Below, piece after piece: positions 41,751 to 55,426 of a stretch of DNA of 64,000 nucleotides. Below the pieces are notes generated by a model, which was not told the origin of the DNA, searched no databases, and saw nothing but the letters and a program-made list of their open reading frames with translations. The position numbers were made by a program, and so were the translations under genes. Origin of the DNA: Tubulanus polymorphus (lineage: Eukaryota; Animalia; Nemertea); NCBI RefSeq assembly GCF_964204645.1, contig NC_134029.1, forward strand, positions 24,644,534-24,708,533, read 5' to 3'. Within the stretch, counting starts at the first letter, position 1; every line of letters starts with the position of its first letter.

Positions 41751-44075
41751 GTGAGTACTATATTTTCTAACCTCAAACCGTGGGATTATTTTAAATCAAA
41801 TCCTCCGTAAAATTTCCATAAAATCCGAGTAAGAAAAATCAGATTCCCTCTAATGGGGAAGTGCCGCGTCGTGGTCGACAGGGTGTTTAAAATGCTGAAT
41901 TAGAAATGTCCGATGTTTTTGTTGTTATTGTTTGCGCAGCAAAAAACCCAGACCCTGGACCCACACGGGATCGAACCCGTAATGCCTCCATCGTATTCAT
42001 ATATAGTCAATCCAACTAATACCGCGCAATATTTTCCCGCGGGATTAATTTCATTTCTTTTCCAATTTATAAAATCACCGTTGCACCAGTTTACGCAGAT
42101 ACCGCGCAAAAATATCCGCTGCGAATATAAATTCATAAACTTATAGATTTTGTTTGACGTCAATGTAGAATTAATAAAAACTCGCTTTACGTAAGCGGTA
42201 TTGGCGTACTACGTGTGTGCGGTGTATTGTGAGTCTGAGGTCCGTTTTGTGGTTTGAAGTTGTCGTTTGTTTAATCTACTCGTGTTAGAGATTGACCGCA
42301 CACGCGCGCGTGTCTCCGACAGCCTCAGAATCACCAGCCGTTCTAGATGATGTTTTATTCAAAGAGACGGTCTGTGTGTGTGTAGCCGAGCGACTGTCGG
42401 CTGTGTGCTGTTTTTTACCGTCTTAAAATATCCAATCGCGTTATTATGAATTAAGAAATGGCGCTGACTCCTCTTGCCTTTGACACTTGGGCTTATTGAG
42501 GTCGCTTCGCGTTTTAGAAACTGTCAAAATTTTCAATGGATGTTTCTTCGCTTATGATTCATTGCGTGATCCCTCGGCGGTTTAATTCCGTGCCTGCGCA
42601 TGGCCGTTTCGAAGATATCTTTGAACTTCAACCGTCACGGGTCAGAAAATTATCAGAATAAAACCTTTTTACGCGATCGAACTGCATTCTGCGTTCGCGG
42701 CGAGCTGATCTCCTCGTGTCGCTGTCTGTACAGATGGCCCGATCTGAATTGCGGTTAAACCGAGTGCAATTAAATCTGAGAACTCTCCACACCATTATTT
42801 CATCTGGTTACTTTATTTACGCCTGTGGGCTCTTCACTGATCTCCGTATCACTTGATTTAGTGGAAGCCAATAGTTTCTGGCGCGAGTCTCCGGCGTTCG
42901 TCCGTCATGCTTAGAACCCTTTCGCACCAGAATCCATACAACAGACCTAAATATATAAATATATATCTTAAAAAGTCTAGTCTCAGTAATCATAAATAAG
43001 TAAGGTTTAAAAATGATACCTTATTTCGCATAATCGGTCGGGTCATTTTGTAAACCGCAATAAAACTTGTATATAATCAGTTCATTTCTATAACTGTCGG
43101 GTCCGTTATTCTTAGCTTGTTGGTGATTTAAAAAAAGTAATGTCCAGAGGTAGATAGACGGCCGGCCGGGTCAACCAGGCAGAAATTAGAAACTTATTAA
43201 TGCGCCCGATTTTAGGCCAAATTGCGGTTCATTCCTGTAAACGCAAATTAATATTGTATCAGTCGAATCGAGTTGTGCGTGTTTATTGAAGTGAAAATAA
43301 AATGAATGTTAACGGATAGAAAAGATTCAGTGAGTGAGAACTCGCTCGGGTTCGATGAGAGAGATCGATATTTATGATAAAGATTCGTAGTAGAGAAGAA
43401 GCAGGTTTTTATCTTGACGCCTGGTTTCAGAGTATGTGGCGACTATAATTGTCTTGTGAGTTCAGCGATAAACAGATAAATATCAAGCGTCGATGTTGTG
43501 TTGTATAATAAGTTGACTGTCATCTCGATAATTTAGTTTCGAAACCAATTATAGCAACACCGAGGATACAAATAAATGATACACCGCAGTGTACGTGACG
43601 TCACTGTCAAAAAGATCAATATCGAACGTAGTCGTGTTCGAATCCTGATTTTAGGATGTTTTTAAAAGCCGTTCATTTCAAAACGAAGCCAATGATTTCA
43701 TTTCTATGAGGTTTTATAGATCCGTAAATTCTTTTCCCACGTTGGATATATTCGCTGAGTCAGATCGCTGTATAAATTGTGGCCAGGTGTTGGGCATCTT
43801 TTATACCGATTCAAATAGATTTAATCGATGTTTTAAGATATGTTTCAAAGGGGTGAACTGTGTCAGAGATCGATTAGAAAGAAAGAAATCTTTTTATAAT
43901 TCTAAATCGATTAAGTGAACTAAGATCTTTCCATCTCTACGACTAGCCAGTTGAGCCGTCATTGGCGTAAATGTTTATGACTGAATTAAAAAACGTTTAG
44001 CAAAAATCATTTGTATTTCAAAGTTCATATTCAAATTATAAACTACTGAACGACTGAGTGTTTATCGGTAAGAAT

Positions 44076-44136
44076 GCCGCTCCTAGGAGACGAACCCGGG
44101 TCGCCCGGTTTCAGATCGATCACTCTGATTACAGCG
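44076..44136 (-). mobile_element. Degenerate tRNA-derived SINE head
   Basis: Minus strand ...accgggcgacccgggttcgtctcctaggagcggc resembles a tRNA T-arm/B-box region. Confidence 0.35.
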
Positions 44137-45896
44137 ACTTCGCAAATAACAGTAACTGTGATGACAGCCAAACAAGTTTTAAATGTGTCAGAAATTCAGA
44201 ATTGTTGATTTAAGAGATAAGAAAGCTTTAGAAAGCTTTCCTACAGTTTAAAACATTTAGAATTCAAAAAAGCTAGATTTATATGTATGTATGTATGTGT
44301 GTATGCTGATCATGCACCTAAATATAAACGGTTAGGCGCAAAGACCGGTCTTAAAGGTCACACGTATTGTGATAGGACCAGAAATCTAAATAGACGAATT
44401 TTCAATCTTTATTTACAAAGGTCTCGAGTGACATTTTTTCCATTTAGTTGTGACCTTTATAATTCAGCAATGGTTTATCATATATACGTTAACGCAGTGG
44501 TTCCTGGCGTGACAGACTGTGCCAGAGGTTGATTACATTACAATAAAAACCGTTTGATTTGAAATTCATCAGTGACTCTCTTTGTAACCCGGTTAAAATG
44601 CTCGTTCATATTCTGTGTACTCGGTAATAGCTTAATGAACACTTTCAATGATAATGAACAAGTTAATTAAATAATAATCAACATTTCTAACTGAAGCATA
44701 TAACTTAATACGTATCACTTTCATTTGACCATAGTCTGACCCGAATCGGACAAAGGTTAAAAACCTGAGAGTGAACTTTTGACATCTGCAGTGTTCATCA
44801 CAGATGCGCAAAAAAACCGACCGAGCCTGCTTGAAACAGTAGACCCCACAGTTCCACTGTCCTCTATACATCTAGAACCATAACTACTGGGGAACCGAGT
44901 TTCACAAAAATTCGCGCAGTGATATATCAGTGATATATCAGTGATATATCGGAGCTGTTGTTGGGCTGGCGTGCATTTACCATATCGGGTTAGAAAAACA
45001 TTTCAAAAAATATCCTGTCGAGTTGAGCTTTAAACTCTCTCTTCTTTCTCTTACTCTCTTATAATCTAAAAAGCTACCGACTTTTTTTCACAATATAAAG
45101 TGTTGTATAGTCACTTATTGTGACCTGATAGCTCGTTTAGACGCAATTCAAACTGATCTTTATTTCAATTGATCTTTCAATAATGCGCTAAATGGTGTCA
45201 AACCGCATTATTTCATTATTCTTACCCCGTTAATGGTTCTACGTTTTATTAATTTCTGATACTTCAACCAAACAATGAAGACTCTTTATGAATTCTGTCT
45301 TCACTGATTCAACAGCCGCTTGAAGTGTTGTGGAACATTTCGCTAATAATATATCTATATATATATATATATATATATATGGCCTGTATATCATTTCACG
45401 AGGACGGTATGAATTGGTGCCAACCTATATCAAAATTATTGAAAACTACTAAAGTATAAGTGAGGTACCCCGCGGAAACCTGGGATATTGTTTCGCGTAG
45501 AATTTCGAACTTTTCAGAGTTAGATTAGATAAGAAGGTTCATTACTACCGTGTGAGTCGATTGGGGGAAATTCCTGGTTTGTTAGCATAGTGATATGTTC
45601 TTTTTCAAACTAATCAATGAAATATCCGACCGTTGCACCAGTTCACGCTGGTACCACGGCTGAAATCACGCGGATGCATTCGGTTTAATAACCCCTGAAA
45701 GTAAACTTGATCTGAATTTTGCTGATATTGATAATTCGCGTTTAGAAAACTCTTTAACATTCATCGTTACATACTCGGGTATCAAATGCTCATCTTTATT
45801 CAATGGTTCTCGTTGATCCGTGTATAACATGCATACAGAGAATATAGAATTTCAGTTGCAGTTGTAGCAGCGCGGCCCTGGTGTGTCACACGTCAC

Positions 45897-46034
45897 GGTG
45901 GTGGCGCACACCGGGTGTGCACCGCGCGCACACCGGGCGGCTGGGGCTCGCTCGAATCCGGGGTGGTGGTGGCGCACACCGGGTGTGCACCGCGCGCACA
46001 CCGGGCGGCTGGGGCTCGCTCGAATCCGGGGTGG
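45897..46034. repeat. GC-rich 68-bp exact tandem duplication
   Basis: ggcgcacaccgggtgtgcaccgcgcgcacaccgggcggctggggctcgctcgaatccggggtggt at 45903 and 45971. Confidence 0.95.
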
Positions 46035-48861
46035 TTAAAGGTCAGACGCCAAGCTGTTGACTGGGTAGAAAAACGTGATTAGACCGTTAAAAATAATCGT
46101 TAATAAAGGTCACCATATCATCTGCTACATTGCATAATACAATGAACGTTACCCCAGATATCATAAATCATTCCACGCCATAACCCTTAATGACAACGAG
46201 CCTGCACACTGTACCGTGAGCTGTTAGTCCTTAAATATACCGTTTATAATTAACCCGTTGAACCAATTTCATCAGAAAACGAATTAATTATTTTTAACCT
46301 GTGGCCCAGCTCGTATTAATAGTGTACGTGTATACGTGTTATATTGATTTTCGCGACTCTCTACCGTCGCCCGGTTCGCGCGCGCGGTATATATGGTTCA
46401 AGTTGCGTAATGGGATATTATACCCTTATCGAGAACAAGCGAAATTAATTCCATATATATATATATATAAACACAATGTTTCTATGTATATCTGACTGAT
46501 ATACAATTGACCTCAACTGACATGTCATATTATTGTTATATACAAATACAGACAAACTGGGGATGCTTTCAACTCGATCTCTCTCTCGATCTGCGGGTAT
46601 TCACTCCTTACTGCCGACTGATTTACATGCTCCTCGCCACAACAGCTTCCCAGGATTTTACCTGATTTAGGAGCAACCCCCGGAGCCACCCTAACTGTCG
46701 GGCAACTCGTAATATTTCAATTCACCTGAAGATGGAGATGCTTAGTTTGAACATCTGTTTCAACAATCTGTTTTTAACGACTAAAATAGTATTTCGTGAA
46801 AATTCCCAGATTTCAAATTCTTTGGTTTTCAATTAGATTCACGAAATAATTCACGTCATTATGATTCACGCAGACGATATCAGACACATCTTTACTCGAA
46901 TTCACAATACAAGTTCAACATCAGTCTCACTCTGCTGCGTCCATTGTCTCCACATAAACTCGACCTTCAACCAGAATATTGTTCGGTGACAAAAAAAATC
47001 GGCAATTCCCGTGGAGAAAGATTTGATATTTGAGGTTGATATATCCGATTCGATGCTTTGTATTTCGCGTATCTTCGATTCGAATGAAACGATTTGAAAT
47101 TTTTATTCTTGAAAAGAACATCTGTTTCTAAACTCGACTCAGGGTCAAACTGACGACGACCTTCACTGGTATAAAAGAACGAAGCGTAGCCCCAGGGTCG
47201 CCGGATCCCCAGGGTCGCCGGACTGCCTTCAGCGAGACCGGAAGTCCCTTGTGGTAAATTATAATTGTTCGGTGGACCATTCAAAATACGTTTTTTTCCA
47301 TTGCTTGGATTTTTTTTCTAATGTCGTGTGCCTCTTGTGACCCTATAGTTCACTATAGTTCGCAAGTCGTATGTCAGTGTTTGGAACTAGTTGTAATTGA
47401 TTACACGATCAGACCCAGTCTAGACCGCCTCAATAAACGGGTCGCGATAGTTTTATGTGTTTATATATGTCTGGATTCTAATAATTTCTGACATGTTTAG
47501 TTGACCTTGTGTAAACTTGCTGATAAACTCTGAATAAGGAGGTCATAACACGCTGATTTTTTATACAGATTACTATGCAGGTGGTGTACGTTAGTTCCAT
47601 CAGTGTTATCTCCCATCTCTCTTTCTCTCTCATCTCTCTTTCTCATCTCTCTTTCTCATCTCTCTTTTCCAACGTTTTATTTTTTTCTTCTACACGTATC
47701 TCGTAGTCATAGTGAGGCATAGTAAAACGGTTCTAGTCCTGCTATGCGATCGAATGACATCACTTCAACAAGTTTCCTAAAATTCCTACAGCGATGCATG
47801 TCTAGCCCTGGCATGCGAGGATGACCATAATAATCAACGAGGTTTTGAAAGTTCTCCTTCTCTCTCTTTCTCTAATTTGCGATGTTCTATCCCTGGCACG
47901 CGAGGTTAGCCCGCGGTGTAGTGGTTCTTCCAGGCGGCCGAGCGTCAACTGTCACTGGAATCACGGCGCATTGGACGACATCAAAAACAGCAACACATTG
48001 TAATAAAAACCGCCGACACTTTCATCAAAATGTAGAAATGACGACTTCAAACGCGAGACGTAAAGTTGACAACGATACGCAGTGATGTATTTACCCAGGC
48101 CTCGGGGTTCGAACCCCGATATTTCCTGCGACCACCAATCGGAGGCTTTTGTCTCGACCGAGGAGGTAAACCGTGAAATTCAGCGCCCTTTTTAATATCG
48201 AGTCTTATTCGAAGGGAAATGAAAGGTTTGCTCGATGTCAAAGGGCCGGATATCGCTAGGGACACCTTTTATCGGTTCTGGAGTATTTGATATTCATAGA
48301 AATGTAGCGAAATAACCCCTTACCAACCTATAAAAATAGAAAAACTTATATTACAGAATTTATCAGTAATATTAGTAGTAGAATAATGAAAGAAATCCAG
48401 TCAGTTCGTTCAGGTTAGTAGCAATACCACTATCGCCATCTGTGAAAAAACGTCAGAACTAAACAGACAAGAAACACCGATCTCAGAAGACATCAATTAT
48501 TCAAAGGAATTTCAGTAAACTGTTTATAGAATATTTAATCCTAGTTTCACCTTATACATCTCAGATATCAGACAGTGAAAGAGACCGGTTAGAATATTGT
48601 AGAATAGTTCTACTGAAAGTTGCAACGAGAGAGATTAAAATTGTGACATCCGGTGACACGATTCATGATTCATTAATCCGCGACGGATTATCTGGGATTA
48701 ATGAATATCTTCTCAAACAAATAAGAAAATGACTCAACTTAATCCGTTCTCAATTTTATCAGAAAACGATATGATATGAGAAAAACCGCTTTTTCGGTAT
48801 TTTAGAATAGACTTCGAATACATAGAATCACCACGCATGACATACATTTCTGGACATTGTT

Positions 48862-49281
48862 CAGAACTGTTGAACTGACTCCAAAACCGTGTTCGAAGCT
48901 GTGTTCAAAATGTAACTCCGGAGCTGTAGAACTGGATTTAAAATTGTGGAGCTGAATTCAGAACTGATGAATTAGATCCAGAACTGTGGAACTGGGGCCA
49001 GAACTGTGGAACTGACTCCAAGTGGAACTGGGTCCAGAACTGTGGAACTGGGCCCAGAACTGTGGAACTGACTCCAATAGGAACTGGGTCCAGAACTGTG
49101 GAACTGGGCCCAGAACTGTGGAACTGACTCCAATAGGAACTGGGTCCAGAACTGTGGAACTGGGCCCAGAACTGTGGAGCTGACTCCAATAGGAACTGGG
49201 TCCAGAACTGTGGAACTGGGCCCAGAAATGTGGAACTGACTCCAAGTGGAACTGGGTCCAAAACTGTGGAACTGGGTCCAG
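48862..49281. repeat. 56-bp higher-order minisatellite (20+20+16)
   Basis: ggaactgggtcc recurs at 49024, 49080, 49136, 49192 and 49248. Confidence 0.95.
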
Positions 49282-51017
49282 TATGGAATCGAGTTCAGAA
49301 CTATATGGTATCGAGTGCTCGGGTTTCAGAAGTAAGATATATACATACTACACGTCGACGATATTAACTACTACTTAAAAAACCGGATAGTTTTTTTTAA
49401 TCGCACCTCGGTCTATAGGCCTATATATCATCGCTGTTTTAGAACTGCTAATAACGTAATAATCAGTGTATTCAATTAATCACAGCTCCGATCAGCGTGC
49501 GTTAATTGAATCACTATGCGTTCCGCGTGTCTAATATGTAACTGTTCGGCGATGATTCGGTGAATTTTTTCTATCGGTACCGCGCCGCACTGTTAGCGGG
49601 GTGGCATCTATCTCACTCAGGTTATAACACGTATATATAGTATGTTCAGATAGTAAAAGAGAATTTATCGTCTGAAAGTTTCAAAGTGCGGCTATTAATT
49701 TCTACACGATGTTGTTGTAGTACTACTAGTCTATATTCTATTCGAGTGTGTGTTGATAAAACGTTACCCGACCCGTCAAGATACAACTCACTACCGAGAT
49801 TCTTATGATTTCTCTCATTTTTCCTGCTCGTTTCGCTGTAGTGCCCGATATAGCGAGCATACCATCACTACAACTCGGGCAGCTTTTGATTTGTATTCGA
49901 TAATTTCGAGACTCGTTTGTACGGATATTATAGGCTTCACTGAAATCTATAGTGAAACTGATTCACGAAATCGTTTACACTGGAATCTTACGGGTTTTAG
50001 GCTTAAATCGAAACAATTTTGGCAAAGGTTGATATCAGCCGGGGTTCGAACCGGTACCTCTCCGAGGATCTGTTCACGTCTAAGCCAGCAACAACACGAT
50101 CCTTACCGTGTGTTTGTATGATTGGTTTTTCTTTTTGAAAATCAACGGAAATGTTTCGGTTCACATATAATTTCTTCAGTTGAGAGGTTGAGTGAATCGT
50201 AGGCGTTCAGTTCCCTCTGATAGATACATCCTCCGTCAACCCGATAGAGAAACCCGGTGAGAAAATGAGTTTTTATTGAATATAGCTGAATAATAGGCGC
50301 TTAAAGTAACCGGTTTTCAATTGTTACCTGAAGATGTTTTAATTCGGAAGGTTTTCGTATTCTAACCATCGTGGGAAATTTCTATCGACGTGTTTCCGAA
50401 CTACAACAATTTGCTCTTTTACAATGAAATACATAAAAAAAACATCCTAAGTTCAATTGATTAAATGTAAAAATTCGATGAAAAACTTCTAAACGAATTA
50501 GAGAAAGTTTTCGCGTCTTGAATCGATTCGAAAACGTGTGAACTGCGATGTTAACCGTCGAGGATGACCCGAGGGTTCGATCGTGTCCGGCAAAACCATT
50601 TCAACCAATTGCCATACGACACGAATAGTAGTTTAGCCAAGCGGAATGCATTATCGGCTCCATGAAATTACTGACACGAGGAAAAAACTAAATCGTCACC
50701 TTCATCGGGTAATTGAATCATAAGACATACGGATGATTTGAACTATGAATGTTTGGAGTTTTCGTTTGATGAATTTTCACTTTTATTGTAGCGTTTAAAT
50801 TGTGATGTCCGATCAATAAATGCGGGCATCCGAAATAATAGTAATAATATACACACGCGCGACTGATCATCTGTCTGTTCGTCGAGAGAACAAACTTATA
50901 CAGAAATCGATATGAACATAAAACAAGAGAAGAAAGTTTTAAATACCACGGGACCATATTTTTTTGATAAAATATTCACTGGTCGATAATTGATTTTAAG
51001 ATTACTAAACAAGCGAT

Positions 51018-51260
51018 GGGAACGAGGGAACTTGTTGAGGGGAACGAGAGGAACCTGGGGAACTTGTTGAGGGGAACCTGGGGAACGAGAGGAACCTGGG
51101 GAACTCGTTGAGGGGAACCTGGGGAACGAGAGGAACCTGGGGAACTCGTTGAGGGGAACGAGAGGAACCTGGGGAACTTGTTGAGGGGAACCTGGGGAAC
51201 TCGTTGAGGGGAACCTGGGGAACGAGAGGAACCTGGGGAACTTGTTGAGGGGAACCTGGG
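51018..51260. repeat. Purine/G-rich minisatellite
   Basis: Shuffled ggggaacct / ggggaacgagaggaacct / ggggaact(t/c)gttga modules. Confidence 0.9.
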
Positions 51261-51663
51261 CAACGGATAAAACAACAAATTGATCTGTCTCTTGAACTCG
51301 GGTCTCCCTGGAAGCAAACTGAACTCTGTCGCTGATCCGATCCATGTGACACATTTGTTGTTTTGTAGTAAGGTATAATGTAACTATATAACGAAGCCCG
51401 GGTTTTATTGCTGGTGATGGAACCAGCCGGCGCGTTGCTATACGTTTCATGTTGATGTATCGATGTTAAATCGATGTTTTTGATGATGTATTTTCACGGT
51501 TTGAATCTCACACTAACTCGCTCCTCGGATTCCAGTCCAGGAAATCGAGAGAGTACTCGCGCGCGTGAACCGCCGAACACCTGTCGACCTTGTGGAGCTG
51601 CCTTTCAAAAAACTTTCCAAATTTAAATTCTAACGCAGTTGTTTTTCGTGTTGTATTTTTCAG

Positions 51664-51938
51664 ATGCGTCTGGTTTATCGGATGTCTCGCACGCCGAGAG
51701 TTTACAGGAGAAGGCTCAATGCGCCCTAGAAGAATATGTACGCAGTCAATACCCTAATCAAGTTACGCGATTTGGAAAACTGTTATTGCGGTTACCGTCA
51801 CTGCGCATGGTTAGTGCGCAGGTTATCGAGCAGTTATTTTTTGTCAGGCTGGTCGGGAAGACCCCCATTGAGACTCTAATTAGAGATATGTTACTAAGCG
51901 GTGGTACCTTCAACTGGCCCTACATGTCTTACCAATGA
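51664..51938 (+). CDS. NR2F: COUP-TF exon 3 (C-terminal LBD / AF-2)
   Basis: ttttcag| acceptor; (D)ASGLSD...[35 protein letters not shown]...[18 protein letters not shown]...YQ-TGA. Total CDS 1299 nt = 432 aa. Confidence 0.98.
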
Positions 51939-52384
51939 CAGAAATAACAACCAAGTTGTGACGTCACTACACATTGAAGGTCTATATATATGGAAAATGA
52001 CTTTATCTAGAAATGAATTCGTATTAAATGAAAGTTTATCGTGTATTCCACCGAAATGACATTCAATAAGTCACCTCGTCTAAACGAGGCGCCTGCTTTT
52101 CGATCAAAATACAGATGATTTGAATATCATTGAATAATATAATAGTGGTTTAAAACCGCTAGGAGATTCTATGGTGAATGTGCTATAGCGATATTATGGT
52201 TCGAAACCATATCGCCTTATTATACCTGTAACATTGTTAACAAGTTCTTAATTTCTAGAAATTCATTTTTCCTTTCATCGATAAGTTGTAGCTCAAAGTT
52301 TCAAAACTCGAAGTTTCTAAACTCATTTTATATTCGAATTTTCGTAGACAATTTTTGATTGACTATCTTCGCAATGTAGCGATT

Positions 52385-52644
52385 GATTTCAGATTAAGCG
52401 GCCATGTTGGATTTAAGAACCGCGCGATACTAGAAATAGATATAACGAACTTCGGTTATCGGGAGTTAGTTCGAAAGGTCGACTACGGGTTCGAGCACGG
52501 TTGCTGTAGTTCGGAACTAGTTCCAAGATGGCCGACACGTTACGCCGAACTACCAGTGCGTTCAGTTATCATAGTTCCGACCACGAAACCGAAGGTTTGC
52601 CCATGCGAAACTATTTCATCAACATGGCCGCGCAATATGAGATT
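52385..52644. mobile_element. MITE-like inverted-repeat element in the probable COUP-TF 3' UTR
   Basis: Perfect 12-bp IR gcggccatgttg (52398-52409) / caacatggccgc (52620-52631) with imperfect outward extension. Confidence 0.5.
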
Positions 52645-53340
52645 CCTCTGATTTCTTTACGAGGATCCCATCGATTTCAACTTCTCTCCTACAATGAGAA
52701 GAGTTCACTATTCTATTTCTCTTTATCTCATCTTGAAAAGAAAACTTTAAGTTTTAAGCGATATTTGTGTGAGATAGATCATTGCATTTTGTTCTGATAG
52801 AGTGATGCTATTGATAGCTGTAAGCAACAAATACTTTGTCAATTTGATCTCATTGCTATAAAACTATAATTATCTCATCAAATTAAAAATAAACAATTCT
52901 TCATCTGAAAATAAAGGTGTGAATTTTCATGTTTAACATGCCAGTTCATTGTAAAAAAAGACCAGTTTTCAGACCAACATTCTGATATTGAGAAATTTCA
53001 GGTTCCTCAGGTACATTCTGGATCCAGTTCCTCTGGTTGATTGTGTAACAGACAACTGCAGAACTGGGTTCAGAACTGTGGAAATTGATCTAGAGCTGTG
53101 GAACTGTGCCTAGTGGAACTAGATCCAGAAAGAACTGTTCCTAGAACTGTGGAACTTGATCCATGCTGTGAATGTCCGGTAACTGTGGTACAGCTGTGGT
53201 TCAGATTGTTATTTGATTGCGCTATCTAATTAGATTATACATAGTTTCAAATTGTCATAGTTTCTTCAGTTTAAAATTATATGTTATAAGTACAATATAA
53301 GTGATATATATATAGTGTAAGATCATTCCATGTTGTGACG

Positions 53341-53546
53341 TGAAGGGTGTGCGCTGTGTATCGTGAAGGGTGTGCGCTGTGTACCGTGAATGGTGTGCGC
53401 TGTGTACCGTGAATGGTGTGCGCTGTGTACCGTGAATGATGTACGCTGTGTACCGTGAAGGGTGTGCGCTGTGTATCGTGAATGATGTGCGCTGTGCACC
53501 AGGAACGGTGTGCGCTGTGCCCTGAACGGTGTGCGCTGTGCACCGT
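53341..53546. repeat. 23-bp minisatellite ~9 copies
   Basis: Unit ggtgtgcgctgtgtaccgtgaat. Confidence 0.9.
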
Positions 53547-55096
53547 CGCAGATACTATTCATTCATTTGTGTGTTCAAGGTCGACCAATCACAGATATAA
53601 ATCGTACACCGATATTTCAGAGTATTTCTTGTCTTATTCGTGCACATTGCGACCAACCAAATATATCAGTGTTTATAAGAATTGTATTTTCATTTGAATT
53701 GAGCACGAATTGTCTCAGAAAAATGTTTGATTTATATAATGAGCAGTAACGTTGTATCGGACAGACTTTGAAAACCTGTTGGAATCGAATGCAATGTGAC
53801 TCATGAAAAACTCTAGACTCCGATTAGTGAAATTTCTTTGTCAATTGACAATTGCATTTATTCGGTATCGGTCTAATTACAGAACCGGAACTACGAACTC
53901 ACCGGAAGTTGAAGCGAACTTATAAAATTCTACTTCCGTTTTGCGTTATACATAAATAACTGTGTAGAATAATATACTGTCTCAATGAATTCAATATAAC
54001 GTGCCAAAATCATGTTGAATTATTATTATTTTTTGTTTGTAATGATCCCACCAGTAAAGGGTGGTTCAATCTTTTTTTATCAAATATTTATCAAAATTTG
54101 GTTCAGTCTTTCTGTATTTCTTCAATGTCTTATTGATTTGAATTGTTCTTTTATCATGAAACTGCGATATCTACTGTTTACTGGTTCAGATTTGAGTTTT
54201 GAATTAGGGATATACCTAATTTAAGCCCCGCAACATGCGGAGGAGCTAAAGGACTGCTCCGATCCAGTCGGAAACTGTAGAGGATTGCTCCGCAGATACC
54301 GGCATGAGATGATAGATGGTTTGATACGTAAAACTTGGATCAGATTTGTCCATTAGGCGAGTGTGTAATTAGTAAGGTTAATTAGCAGTTTTAATTAATG
54401 AATTCCTCAGATTTGTATTCGATGTTCGATGATGTATTAATGATGAATCACTCATACACACATATCTTTATCATATTTTCATCGTCATGATTTATGATAA
54501 TATCAAAAAAATAATAATAATAATAATAATAAATGTAAGAATTTTTCGTCGGTTTCGAATTTTAGAGGCACGAAATTCTGTCTATTTAACGTATTTTCGC
54601 TTATTCTTGCCTTAATAATATATGTATGTATATAGTAAATATGAAACGCTGCGGAGGGACTGAGACGGGCCAGTTACAAAAGTGAGAGCTAAAGATTTTG
54701 GTAATTTTTAATTATGATGATTGTTTTTCCCTCCGAAGAATTACGTCTCTCTAAAATTCGGAACTCGACATAATATAAGTTTTGTGATGTTACGTGAAAT
54801 GTACAGTAGACATGTACAGTTATAGTCAGAAATAAATTTAAATTCTGTACAGTAAAAGTATATGATTATATTATATATATTATATTATATATATATGCGT
54901 TTGAGTGACGCTAGATGGCGCTCGAAAATATTTATAAAAATTCAATATGGATTTAAAAAAAAGAGGTGAAGCATTTTGTATCGAATCAAGAATCCATAGG
55001 TGTATCAAAATCATGTCTGAATGGAATAATTAATAATTAATAAAATAGATTTCTTTAAAAAAATTGTTTTTCTCGAATTTCTACACGAGTCTTATT

Positions 55097-55426
55097 TCTG
55101 AGGATCTAAATGGACAGGAATCTGAGGATGCAAATGGACAGGAATCTGAGGATGCAACTGGACAGGATTCTGAGGATGCAACTGGACAGGAATCTGAGGA
55201 TGCAACTGGACAGGATTCTGAGGGTGCAACTGGACAGGAATCTGAGGATGCAACTGGACAGGAATCTGAGGATCCAACTGGACAGGAATCTGAGGATCCA
55301 ACTGGACAGGAATCTGAGGATCCAACTGGACAGGAATCTGAGGATCCAACTGGACAGGAATCTGAGGATCCAACTGGACAGGAATCTGAGGATCCAACTG
55401 GACAGGAATCTGAGGATCCAACTGGA
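55097..55426. repeat. 24-bp minisatellite ~13.7 copies
   Basis: Unit tctgaggat(g/c)caactggacaggaa. Confidence 0.95.

Noticed and set aside
53880-53945. ETS-like CCGGAAGT motifs suggesting a promoter
   Set aside because: No associated exon or gene was found nearby; short motifs alone are insufficient.
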